In this document: piece by piece, positions 9,390 through 18,341 of the stretch
How the letters are laid out: every line of letters begins with the position of its first letter
Numbering within the stretch: the first letter of the stretch is position 1
The notes under the pieces: model-generated
Told to the model about the DNA's origin: nothing
Database searches by the model: none
Seen by the model: the letters and a program-made list of their open reading frames with translations, nothing else
Position numbers and translations under genes: made by a program
Source: Candidatus Latescibacterota bacterium
GTDB taxonomy: Bacteria > Latescibacterota > CBDEFO01
Length of the DNA: 64,000 bases
Assembly: GCA_965248755.1 (NCBI GenBank)
Contig: OZ252149.1
Span: 3,424,001 to 3,488,000, forward strand
Reading direction: 5' to 3'

Positions 9390-9790
9390 TCAGGACTTTT
9401 CACCTTCTGTATTGTCGTAAAGATCCTGTGGAGATTCTTTTAGAGAGATATTGTACTCCTTTAGCTTTCTCCACAGCGTAGTTGTCGAGATGTCGAGTCT
9501 TTCAGAGGCTTTTTTGCGGTTCCATGAGCACTCCTCCAATGTGTCGAGTATGTGGAGCCTTTCAACATCGGATAGTGTCATCCCGCTTCTGTGTCTTCTT
9601 TTAGATTCCATCTGGACGCCGCCCTCCGAGGGTCTGCGGAAGATCCTCAGGGGTGATAGTCTCGCCCGACCCAAGTATTATCGAGCGTTCGATAACGTTT
9701 TCTAATTCTCTGACGTTTCCCGGCCAGTCGTAGCTCATAAAGAGACTCAAGGCCCTTTTAGATATAGATTCAATGTCTATTTTGAGCCGC
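9390..9790 (-). pseudogene. 5'-truncated, frameshifted sigma54 activator (end of AAA+ domain plus Fis HTH)
   Basis: [20 protein letters not shown]...PEDLP ends in a stop; TLSDVERLHI...NRKKASERLDISTTTLWRKLKEY continues in another frame. Confidence 0.85.
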
Positions 9791-9794
9791 CCGG

Positions 9795-9837
9795 TGATGA
9801 CCTGGCCGAGCGACGGGGCCTTCCTGGCCCCTATTAA
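9795..9837 (+). repeat. 3'-end remnant of a second DUF2848-like gene
   Basis: 9795-9828 matches 5463-5496 at 32/34 nt and encodes [13 protein letters not shown]. Confidence 0.7.
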
Positions 9838-10222
9838 GTGTTAGTAAGAGTCCGATGATGCTCGCAGCAGTGGAGGCCGCACTCTGCGATTCGGTGATGT
9901 GCCTTACAGGCTGACCCTCAAGAGAAACACCACTAATTCCCTTTGGTGTGACCTATCAGATGATCCGAAGAATAGGGAAATTTGATTAGACTTTTTTGTG
10001 AACTCAGCTACTTCTTTCACCTCCAATACTTTGACTTCTAAACCTTCTTGTACCTTTTCTTGATCTTCTGGTTTCAAATTTTGATAATGCAGAACGCGGG
10101 ATTACCTGTAACATCAGCGTCAATCGCTTCCGAATTATGGTCACTCTGATGACAGGGGCTAATTCAAAAGCCTTGAGGTGGGAAGTGAATTACTCCTGTT
10201 CAGAAGCCGGTGTAATTCACTA

Positions 10223-10251
10223 TTGACTTGGATGCCGATTGTTTTTATCTT
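10223..10251 (+). promoter_or_regulatory. Putative sigma70 promoter
   Basis: TTGACT-N17-TATCTT. Confidence 0.55.
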
Positions 10252-10315
10252 GTCGAAGAGAGTTTTCGCGCACTATGAGAAAAGGTCAATTTTTGTGATC
10301 ACAAAGGAGGTCTAA

Positions 10316-11113
10316 ATGGCTGAAGGGAACGGAAAAGTCCAGGTTCAGATGATCGGTTTTGCAACACTAAAACTGACGTCTCCCAACGGCAAGGTAATTT
10401 TGATCGATCCGTGGCTAACAGGAAACGATTTCTTCCCAGACGGGAATCCCGCGGTGCCGGATAAGTACAAAGAGGACGTGGGTGCTTTCGGGAACGTGGA
10501 CATAATACTCCAGACTCACGCTCACTTCGATCATTTGAATCTAAATGACATCGTCGCTTTGACCGAAAGATTCAATCCCATTATTCTGACGCCTGTCGAG
10601 ACAGCAGTCTATATCAGGGAGAAGACGGGTATCGAGAACTTCTGCAACGACGGCTGGGGGATGAATCGCGGTCCGCTTGCTCCCATAGACGGAATTCAGG
10701 TCTCAGGCGTTCACTGCGAGCACACGTCCTCGGAGATCCAGACCACGTCTGAGGGAGGGTTAACGGTGCGCGATGTGGGGGATCCAATAGGGTTCGTGGT
10801 AGAATTCGAGAACGGCTTTAAAGTCTACATCTCTTCTGACACGGGACTCTGCTCAGACCTGAAGCTCGTTATTGGAGACTACTACAAGCCAGATCTGACT
10901 ATCTTGAACATCTGCGGCGGCGGGTACACCCTGGGAGGGGATAGCGCAGGATACGCAGTGAAGTTGATCGCTCCTAAGTACGTGATCCCTGCTCACTACG
11001 GGGTCTTTCCAGTAATGGATCAGACACCTGACAAGTTCCTGGAGGCTTTGAAAGTGCACGCTCCAGACGTGAAGGTGTTTGTGCTCGAGTCAGATGAGGT
11101 GGCAGAATTTTGA
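10316..11113 (+). CDS. Metallo-beta-lactamase-fold metal-dependent hydrolase (UPF0173-like)
   Basis: LIDPWL, THAHFDH, EHTS, SSDTG, IPAHY. AAGGAGG SD. Confidence 0.9.
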   Translation: MAEGNGKVQVQMIGFATLKLTSPNGKVILIDPWLTGNDFFPDGNPAVPDKYKEDVGAFGNVDIILQTHAHFDHLNLNDIVALTERFNPIILTPVETAVYIREKTGIENFCNDGWGMNRGPLAPIDGIQVSGVHCEHTSSEIQTTSEGGLTVRDVGDPIGFVVEFENGFKVYISSDTGLCSDLKLVIGDYYKPDLTILNICGGGYTLGGDSAGYAVKLIAPKYVIPAHYGVFPVMDQTPDKFLEALKVHAPDVKVFVLESDEVAEF

Positions 11114-11132
11114 GGACTACAGATCGTGATTG

Positions 11133-11164
11133 GGGCGGAACGTCTTTCATTTTCCGCCCTTTTT
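11133..11164 (+). terminator. Intrinsic terminator
   Basis: GGGCGGAA-loop-TTCCGCCC followed by TTTTT. Confidence 0.7.
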
Positions 11165-11207
11165 CTCTGTCGTTCGCATAGTCACCGGCCTCGTGTGACT
11201 CTTTGTC

Positions 11208-11236
11208 TTGACTCGTCTTCTTTGAAGTGTTATCAT
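11208..11236 (+). promoter_or_regulatory. Putative sigma70 promoter with extended -10
   Basis: TTGACT-N17-TATCAT with TG before the -10. Confidence 0.55.
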
Positions 11237-11271
11237 AGACAGGAAATTAGATAGGCAAAAGGACGTCCAGA

Positions 11272-11487
11272 ATGCAAGGACAAAAGGGGGCCATGACAGT
11301 GAATGAGAAAGACCTTGAAGAGCTGAAACGGATTCAGTTTAGGTGGCGGGAGACGCGGTCCAGGTTCAACGATCTGAAGACGAACATGCAGTTTCCAAGC
11401 AGCATAGGCGATTGGTTTGAGAAATTCATTACAGTTCTGGATAAGCGGCTGGAGATCATAGAGAGGAACCTAATAGATAAAGATTAA
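11272..11487 (+). CDS. Small helical hypothetical protein
   Basis: 71-aa ORF behind its own promoter; start uncertain. Confidence 0.55.
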   Translation: MQGQKGAMTVNEKDLEELKRIQFRWRETRSRFNDLKTNMQFPSSIGDWFEKFITVLDKRLEIIERNLIDKD

Positions 11488-11503
11488 GGATAAGGTTAAG
11501 TTT

Positions 11504-12991
11504 TCATTCTCTTCTTTTGATTACGGCTTCCACTAATCCTGCGGCTTTGTACATGGTTTCGATATATTCCCTTTCCGGCGAAGAATCGGCGACGATTCCC
11601 GCTCCCACCTGCAGGTATGCCTGCCCTCCAGAAAGAACCAAGGTCCTTATGACGATGTTGAAGTCACAATCGCCGTTGTAGCTGAAGTATCCGACAGATC
11701 CTGTATAGATATTTCTGGTTGTGGGCTCGAGCTCGTCTATGATCTCCATGCACCTTATCTTTGGACAACCTGTGATGGTCCCTCCGGGGAAGACGGCTCT
11801 TATCAGCTCGAAGGAGGTGTATCCGTCCTGCAAAGTCCCGCTGATATTTGAGACGATGTGCGTGACGTGTGAGTATCTTTCCAGGGTCATAAGTTCATCT
11901 ACGCTTACTGAACCATATCGGCATACCCGCCCAATATCGTTCCTCTCCAAGTCGACGAGCATGATGTGTTCGGCCCGTTCTTTTTGATCTAAAAGGAGTT
12001 GGCCGCCGATCCTTTCGTCCTCCTTCTGGTCTTTTCCTCTCTTTTGGGTTCCGGCGATTGGTCTGGTCTGCACCTGATCGTTACAGAGCTTTACCAGTCT
12101 TTCCGGGGAGGAACTTGCGATCTTTATGTCCGCAAGCTTCAAATAGCAGGCAAAAGGAGAGGGGTTTATGTCTCTGAGGGCTCTGTAGAGATGCCAGCTG
12201 TCGCCCTCAAATTCGATGGCTAATCTCTGCGATAAATTGACTTGATAGACGTCTCCGGCGCGGATGTATTCCTTAACCCGTCGAACGGCTTTTTCGAATT
12301 CTGCCCTCTCGAAGTTGTACGATATATCTCCTGTCTTGAAGGACTCGCTTTCGTCATAAATCTTGTAATTCTTATTCAGCAGGATATCGGCTACTCTGTA
12401 AATTCTCTCTTTTGCAGAGTCTATTTCGAGTTTAGTGTCAGAGGTTAGGTCTATATTGGAGATTATGTAAAGGCTGTCGGCAAGGTGGTCGAATACGACT
12501 GCGCTGTCGCATACCAAGAAGAAGATGTCCGGCAGCTCAAGGTCGTCTTGGGCTCTTCGGGAGAGCACCTCAAAGTAGTGACGGGCGTCGTATCCCAAGT
12601 AGCCTATGGCTCCGCCTGTAAAGTTGGGGAGTCCCTCCAATTTCGGGGAAGAGCGTCTTTTCATCAACTCCTGCAGACCGGATACGGGATTCCCTCTCTG
12701 GGAAGATTCCGATTTGCCTTCGGTTATGTGAAAGCGGTCGCCCTTGCCCTTGAAGATAAGTTCGGGAGTCGCGGCGATGATCGAATATCTCCCAATCTTG
12801 GTGCCTACGCGAGCGCTCTCCAGGAGCGCTCCATAGTCTCCGCGTATAAGCTTTGAGCACATAAGCTTTGAGAAAGCTCCTATTGGACAAACAGGAGGAC
12901 TCTTGATCTGTGCCCATAGCGGATAACGCCCGAACCTATCGGATAAGTCGTCAAGCTGCTGTGGGCTCAGAGTTAAGGCTATATCTATCAA
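11504..12991 (-). CDS. Anthranilate synthase component I / aminodeoxychorismate synthase (TrpE/PabB family)
   Basis: LLES, SSSPERL, RPIAGT, KERAEHIMLVDLERND, FPGGTITGCPKIR, GAGIVADS. Confidence 0.92.
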   Translation of the reverse strand: MIDIALTLSPQQLDDLSDRFGRYPLWAQIKSPPVCPIGAFSKLMCSKLIRGDYGALLESARVGTKIGRYSIIAATPELIFKGKGDRFHITEGKSESSQRGNPVSGLQELMKRRSSPKLEGLPNFTGGAIGYLGYDARHYFEVLSRRAQDDLELPDIFFLVCDSAVVFDHLADSLYIISNIDLTSDTKLEIDSAKERIYRVADILLNKNYKIYDESESFKTGDISYNFERAEFEKAVRRVKEYIRAGDVYQVNLSQRLAIEFEGDSWHLYRALRDINPSPFACYLKLADIKIASSSPERLVKLCNDQVQTRPIAGTQKRGKDQKEDERIGGQLLLDQKERAEHIMLVDLERNDIGRVCRYGSVSVDELMTLERYSHVTHIVSNISGTLQDGYTSFELIRAVFPGGTITGCPKIRCMEIIDELEPTTRNIYTGSVGYFSYNGDCDFNIVIRTLVLSGGQAYLQVGAGIVADSSPEREYIETMYKAAGLVEAVIKRRE

Positions 12992-13119
12992 TTTAATAGT
13001 ACCAAATTAGGCTTAATCCACCCATGGTAAATAGAGTCAGTGTAGTAGCTATCTACTATCTCCTATCTACGTGTTTATGCCGTCTACTTCTCTAATCCTC
13101 GTCTGCCGATTTAATAACC

Positions 13120-13148
13120 TTGACTTTAGAAATCTTTATTATTATCTT
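13120..13148 (+). promoter_or_regulatory. Putative sigma70 promoter of the FAH/oxidoreductase pair, now separated from it by IS copy 1
   Basis: TTGACT-N17-TATCTT. Confidence 0.45.
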
Positions 13149-13280
13149 TTGACCTTTCATACTGATAGTATAATACATCCTAACTGAAGAATCAATAAAA
13201 AATGGGAAGTTATTTCATACCGCTCCCCTTGACAGAGCGACAAATATTTCGCAAATTGGGGTTTGAGAAGGGAGGTCAAG

Positions 13281-13592
13281 GTGTCGAGCCCCGAAGTGAA
13301 AGATGGTAAGCGCTGGACGGCGACCCGTAAGGGAGAGATTGTGTTGGCTCTTTTGAGAGGAGCAGATCTATCTGAGGTGTGTCGTAAGAATGGAATTAGC
13401 CAGTCGCAGGCGTATGCTTGGCGTGATAGTTTCTTAGAAGGGGGCCAGGAGAGTCTGAAGTCTCGGCGTGGTCGCAAGGATCCGAAGGAGCGAGAGGTTA
13501 GCCGGTTGGAGCGCAAGGTAGGGCAGTTGACGCTCCAGTTGGAGATACTCGAAGAGGTAGCCCGTCTAAAAAAAACGAAGCGGTTGCCTTGA
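13281..13592 (+). CDS. IS3 transposase OrfA (HTH)
   Basis: SEVCRKNGISQSQAYAW HTH plus leucine zipper; GTG after AGGGAGG. Confidence 0.9.
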   Translation: MSSPEVKDGKRWTATRKGEIVLALLRGADLSEVCRKNGISQSQAYAWRDSFLEGGQESLKSRRGRKDPKEREVSRLERKVGQLTLQLEILEEVARLKKTKRLP

Positions 13593-14452
13593 GTGGGCGG
13601 TTTTTGGGTCGAGGCTATTCCCGCAAGGTGGTAGCTTTGGCTTTGGGTTTGCATCGTTCGACTCTGTATAGGTTTAGGGATAGAGGTGTCAGTTCTTCTG
13701 TTAAAGAGCCTGTGATAGATGAGGAGCTTGCTTTTCGTATTCGAGGGATACTGGACCAAGAAGAGGCATTTGGTCACAGGCGGGTTTGGGCGCATCTTCG
13801 TTTCAAGGAAGGGGAATGTGTCAACGTTAAGAAGGTTCATAGGATAATGAAGCTTAAGGGGTGGCAGTGTAAGCTGTGGAATCGTCCCGGGAGAAAGGGG
13901 CCACAGGTTGCCCAGAAGCGTTCTGTGGTGGATAGTCCCGACAGTTTGTGGTCGAGTGACTTGACAAAGATTTACTGTGGAAAAGATGGTTGGTGTCCTC
14001 TTATTGCGGTGGTGGACAACGGAAGCCGGGAGGTTCCTGGGTATCGTTTTAGTCGAAAAGGGAGGGCACTGGAGGCCACAGATGCCCTGGATCGGGCCGT
14101 GATCTCTCGATACACTTCCAAGGAGGCTGTCCCCCAGGGTCTCACTTTGCGCTCTGACAATGGTTCCATCTTTTTGGCTCGGGCCTATTTGGCCAGTACC
14201 GAATATTGGGGAATTCGTCAGGAATACATACCAAGTGGTAAACCCGATTGGAACGGTGTTGTAGAGCGTTTTTTCAGGACCCTCAAGCAAGAGTGTGTTT
14301 GGCTTCACAAGTTTGAATCCTTTGAACAGGCTGAGAAGATCATATCTCAGTGGATCGATAATTACAACAAGAACAGGCTTCATTCATCCCTGGGATATAA
14401 GACCCCAAAAGAGTGGAGAAAACAATTTTATCTACTACCCCAGGTTGCTTAA
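13589..14452 (+). CDS. IS3 transposase OrfB (DDE integrase core)
   Basis: WSSDLT, RSDNG, VERFFRTLKQE, HSSLGY. Confidence 0.95.
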   Translation: MSGRFLGRGYSRKVVALALGLHRSTLYRFRDRGVSSSVKEPVIDEELAFRIRGILDQEEAFGHRRVWAHLRFKEGECVNVKKVHRIMKLKGWQCKLWNRPGRKGPQVAQKRSVVDSPDSLWSSDLTKIYCGKDGWCPLIAVVDNGSREVPGYRFSRKGRALEATDALDRAVISRYTSKEAVPQGLTLRSDNGSIFLARAYLASTEYWGIRQEYIPSGKPDWNGVVERFFRTLKQECVWLHKFESFEQAEKIISQWIDNYNKNRLHSSLGYKTPKEWRKQFYLLPQVA

Positions 14453-14548
14453 TTGGTGTCGCTTTCCTGGGAAGCAGTACAATTTGCTGAAATTGGCTTA
14501 TCACTTTTTCTATGAGAAGGCTTATCTCGGAAACACGGAGGCATTAAA

Positions 14549-15457
14549 ATGGCGGAAAAGTTTGTAAGATTCACGGTTGAATCTGGTCGAGAAGTGTGGG
14601 GGAAAGTAGTAGACGAATCGGATATTTCGAATGTGAAGGCAGTAAGATTAGATGGCGAGGGACTCGAGGGACCTATTCGAAGTTACGAACGTCTATCCGA
14701 TCAATTACATACGGCAACCCAAAGAGAAGAGATTACAATCACAGAAGGCAGATTCCTTCCTCCCGTAAACCGTCCGCCAGATTTTCTGCCGAATATCTAC
14801 GCCGTGGGACTCAATTACTACGAACATGGAGCGGCGACCGGGCAGCTGGAAAAGGGCCAAAGGCCCGGAGCACCTATTCTGTTCCCTAAATGGACTACGT
14901 CGGTCACCTCCCACACTTCTCCGATCATTTTGCCTGCCTCAGCGCCAAACTGTGTGGATTATGAGGTAGAATTAGCCTTAATCATAGGCAAGGAGGGTAA
15001 GAACATCCCACCGGAAGCGGCGTTAGAATATGTATTAGGATTTACTATTGCAAACGATGTGAGTGCCCGTGACGTGCAGGGAATGTATCCCCAAATCCAA
15101 CCAAATAGTCAATGGGGAAAAGCAAAATCGTTTGACACATTCTGTCCCTTGGGACCATTCTTAGTTATGGACATAGACCCTCAAGACCAGGATATAATGT
15201 TGTATGTCGATGGAGACAGGAAACAATTGGGTAACACAGGCGATATGATGTACTCGTTAGCAGAGCTCATCGCCTATATTTCTCTGGATGCCAGGTTGTT
15301 GCCCGGAACGGTACTATTGACCGGGACGCCCAAAGGTACACAGGTAGAAGAGCATCATGCTGGAAGGGAGCCGCGTTATCTGAAAGCGGGTCAAGAGGTA
15401 GTAGCTCAAATCGGCGAGGTGGGAACCTTGGTAAACTGTGTCCAAGAATCTAAGTAA
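14549..15457 (+). CDS. Fumarylacetoacetate hydrolase family protein
   Basis: GLNYYEH, VDYEVEL, NDVSARD, KSFDTFCPLGP, TGTP. Confidence 0.93.
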   Translation: MAEKFVRFTVESGREVWGKVVDESDISNVKAVRLDGEGLEGPIRSYERLSDQLHTATQREEITITEGRFLPPVNRPPDFLPNIYAVGLNYYEHGAATGQLEKGQRPGAPILFPKWTTSVTSHTSPIILPASAPNCVDYEVELALIIGKEGKNIPPEAALEYVLGFTIANDVSARDVQGMYPQIQPNSQWGKAKSFDTFCPLGPFLVMDIDPQDQDIMLYVDGDRKQLGNTGDMMYSLAELIAYISLDARLLPGTVLLTGTPKGTQVEEHHAGREPRYLKAGQEVVAQIGEVGTLVNCVQESK

Positions 15458-15511
15458 AGCTTCTCCTAACTATTGCTGATCGTTGTGGAATTTCGAACAG
15501 GAGGACTCGAT

Positions 15512-16510
15512 ATGGCGAAAGATAAAATCAGGTGGGGTGTGTTGGGATGTGCCCGCATCGCTCTGAATTCTTTTCTTCCAGCATTAGCAAGTTCCGAAAC
15601 AGGAAGCCTAGCCGCCATCGCCAGCCGTGACAGATCCAAGGCCGAAGCTGAGGGCGAGAAATTCGGGGCGGAGAGGTTCTACGGATGCTACGAGGAGCTT
15701 TTGGACTCTGGTGGCATAGATGCCCTCTATATTCCATTGCCCAACAATATGCACAAAGAATACACCCTCAAGGCTGCGCAAAGGGGAATACACGTCCTTT
15801 GCGAAAAGCCGTTTGCTATGAACCAAAAGGAAGCCCTCGAAATGAAGGAAGCCTGCCGAAAAAATAGGGTCCGACTTATGAACGCCTTTATGTGGCACTT
15901 GGACCCCATGAATCAGCGGGCGCTTGAGATAGTACGTTTGGGAGAGATAGGAAAGATAAAATATATGAACGCTGCCTTTACCTCTAATCTTCCAAGACAG
16001 GACGATATCCGCCTGCAAAGAAAGATGGGAGGGGGGTCGCTTCTGGACGCCGGGGTCTATTGTGTCAACACCTTTCGACGTTTTATGAGGAAGGAACCGG
16101 TCGAAGTGGTGGGCCTATCTGTTACTCCTACGCTCAAAGCAGATGTGGATGAGACATTTAGCGGCCTACTCCGCTTTGATGAAGATGAGATAGCTGCATT
16201 CGTCGCCAGCTTCAGAATGAGCAGCCAGCAGCGATACGAGATAGTAGGCGAAAAGGGGAGAATACGTTCTCCCTGCGGTCCGTGGCACCGTAAAGAACCG
16301 AATAGGATAGAGGTCATAACAGATGACAACGTCAGGGAGGAGAACTTCGAGGAGAACGATCCGTTCAAAAACGAAATCGAGTATTTTACAGGGTGTATTC
16401 AGTCCGATAAGGAGCCTGACCCAGGCGGAGAGGACGGTTACCTTGAAATGAAAGTGCTGGATGCTCTTATGGAGTCTGCTCTGATGGGAAAGAAGGTTGA
16501 GATAAAATGA
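15512..16510 (+). CDS. Gfo/Idh/MocA family oxidoreductase
   Basis: WGVLGCARIA, HVLCEKP, GGGSLLDAGVY. AGGAGG SD before ATG 15512. Confidence 0.92.
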   Translation: MAKDKIRWGVLGCARIALNSFLPALASSETGSLAAIASRDRSKAEAEGEKFGAERFYGCYEELLDSGGIDALYIPLPNNMHKEYTLKAAQRGIHVLCEKPFAMNQKEALEMKEACRKNRVRLMNAFMWHLDPMNQRALEIVRLGEIGKIKYMNAAFTSNLPRQDDIRLQRKMGGGSLLDAGVYCVNTFRRFMRKEPVEVVGLSVTPTLKADVDETFSGLLRFDEDEIAAFVASFRMSSQQRYEIVGEKGRIRSPCGPWHRKEPNRIEVITDDNVREENFEENDPFKNEIEYFTGCIQSDKEPDPGGEDGYLEMKVLDALMESALMGKKVEIK

Positions 16511-16524
16511 CGTTTACATTGTTG

Positions 16525-16547
16525 CCCCCGATAGATTCACTCGGGGG
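16525..16547. repeat. Palindrome-family hairpin between convergent genes, may act as a terminator
   Basis: CCCCCGATAGATTCACTCGGGGG. Confidence 0.65.
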
Positions 16548-16548
16548 T

Positions 16549-17919
16549 TCAATCGTTGTATGTACCTAACTGACGATATTCATTAAGCTTGTTTCTTAAA
16601 GTTCTAACGCTTATCGCTAAAATCTCTGACGTTTTCTCCTTGTGACCGTTCTGTTCTTTTAGGGTCTCCAGGATGAGGGTCTGTTCCAATTCTTTCAGGG
16701 TCTTGCCAGTCAGGTTGAATTTATTCCCGTTATGGGACGCAGGACTTTTCCTTTCGAATCGGAAGTCTTTGGGGGTTAGGATCTCATTTTTGCTCAGCAC
16801 AACTGCCCGTTCTATGCTGTTTTCCAATTCCCTGACGTTCCCCGGCCAATCCATCTCTAACAAAAGATCCAACGCCTCATCCGAAAGCCCGTTAATTTTT
16901 TTTCCGTTCTCCTTGCTGTACTTGTTGATAAAGAACTCAGCCAGAAGCGGTATATCCTCTTTCCTCTCTCTTAAAGAAACCGGAAAGAGCGGGATTACAT
17001 TTAGTCTGTAGAAAAGGTCTTCTCGGAACCTTCCTTCCTCTATCTCCTGGTTTAGATCTCTGTTGGAGGTTGCTATTATCCTCACATCCACGCTTACGCT
17101 CTTTTCCCCTCCGACCCTCTCAAACTCTCTTTCCTGAAGCACGCGCAGGAGTTTCCCCTGAAGCGACGGAGTTATCTCACTTACTTCATCCAAGAGCAGT
17201 GTCCCGCCGTGTGCCATCTCGAACTTCCCCTTATTCTGACGGATGGCACCTGTGAAGGCACCTTTCTCATGCCCGAACAGTTCGCTTTCCACCAGGCCTT
17301 CGGGCAGGGCAGCACAGTTTATCTTGATGAAGGGGTTGTCTCTCCTGTTGCTGTTGTAGTGGATGGCCTTGGCTATGACCTCCTTGCCTGTTCCGCTCTC
17401 CCCTTGTATGAGGAAAGTGGCTCTGGTGGATGCCGCCATCTCTATAGTCTCAAAGACCTCTTGCATCTTTGGGCTCGTTCCGACTATTATGTTGTCGAAG
17501 CTGTACTTACCCCTAAGTTCCGATTTAAGGTATCTGTTTTCGTCTATGAGCTTTCTGAGTTCGAATATCTTAGAGACTCTGACTTCTATCTCGTCAGCTG
17601 AAAAGGGCTTGGTAACGTAATCGCGGGCGCCGTCTTTCATCGCCTCGACGGCGTTGCTTATCGTTCCGTAGGCTGTTACTATTATGACATCTGTGGAGGG
17701 AGAAATCTCTTTCGCCGCGTGTAATACTTCCATCCCGTCTGCGCCCGGCATCCTCAAATCTGTCAATATCAGATCATAGGAACCTGATGTGATCTTGCTA
17801 ATCGCTTGTTTTCCATCTGCTGCAAGATCGATTTGGAAACTCTTTCTTTCTAAGACTTCCTTGAGAAAATCTCTCATTAGTGGCTCATCATCTACTACGA
17901 GTATGCAGCCTTCCGACAT
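16549..17919 (-). CDS. sigma54-dependent response regulator (NtrC family, FlgR/FleR-like)
   Basis: REC domain, [24 protein letters not shown], Fis HTH; flagellar context. Confidence 0.95.
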   Translation of the reverse strand: MSEGCILVVDDEPLMRDFLKEVLERKSFQIDLAADGKQAISKITSGSYDLILTDLRMPGADGMEVLHAAKEISPSTDVIIVTAYGTISNAVEAMKDGARDYVTKPFSADEIEVRVSKIFELRKLIDENRYLKSELRGKYSFDNIIVGTSPKMQEVFETIEMAASTRATFLIQGESGTGKEVIAKAIHYNSNRRDNPFIKINCAALPEGLVESELFGHEKGAFTGAIRQNKGKFEMAHGGTLLLDEVSEITPSLQGKLLRVLQEREFERVGGEKSVSVDVRIIATSNRDLNQEIEEGRFREDLFYRLNVIPLFPVSLRERKEDIPLLAEFFINKYSKENGKKINGLSDEALDLLLEMDWPGNVRELENSIERAVVLSKNEILTPKDFRFERKSPASHNGNKFNLTGKTLKELEQTLILETLKEQNGHKEKTSEILAISVRTLRNKLNEYRQLGTYND

Positions 17920-18296
17920 GCCTGCTCCTTATTTACGCTGGGCCCGATAATTAGTCTTATTATTCTTCTATTTCCCCAAAGAGTTCCTGAATACTTTTGG
18001 GGGACCTTAGCGGCGAGGTAAATGAAAATACTTTGCTGAACCTTCGGAGATTCTGCACTTGGCTCTGGGCTAAAGGTTCTGTGCTTTGGCTTGTGATGAT
18101 GCAGCCTGCTCTTGTCTTCAGTCACTGCGAAGTGCCAGACCGCGATCCCTTAAGGAGTTGCCGAGCAGAACCGATCTCAAAAGCTTTCTCCTGCTGCAAG
18201 AAAGAGTGATCGTTCGACGTGTTTGGGGGTCGTCCCTCATTACAATGCAGGGTTCAAAACAGTTGACAGGATCGGAAAATCTTTCCTTATTCTGTA

Positions 18297-18325
18297 AATG
18301 TATCTAAAATCAGTGTAATTGTCAA
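18297..18325 (-). promoter_or_regulatory. Putative sigma70 promoter, giving a ~370-nt leader to the activator
   Basis: Minus strand TTGACA-N17-TACATT. Confidence 0.5.
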
Positions 18326-18341
18326 GAGCTTTCAAAGGGCT

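Larger units (their letters stand above)
13216..14481 (+). mobile_element. IS3-family insertion sequence, copy 1 (1266 bp)
   Basis: Imperfect TIRs CATACCGCTCCCC / GGGAAGCAGTACA; TSD ATTT; orfA/orfB with an A8 slip site. Confidence 0.97.

Noticed and set aside
13200..13216. IR-like GGAAG/TCGCTTTC sequences beside several IS3 target sites
   Set aside because: Matches are short and their spacing to the insertion point is inconsistent.
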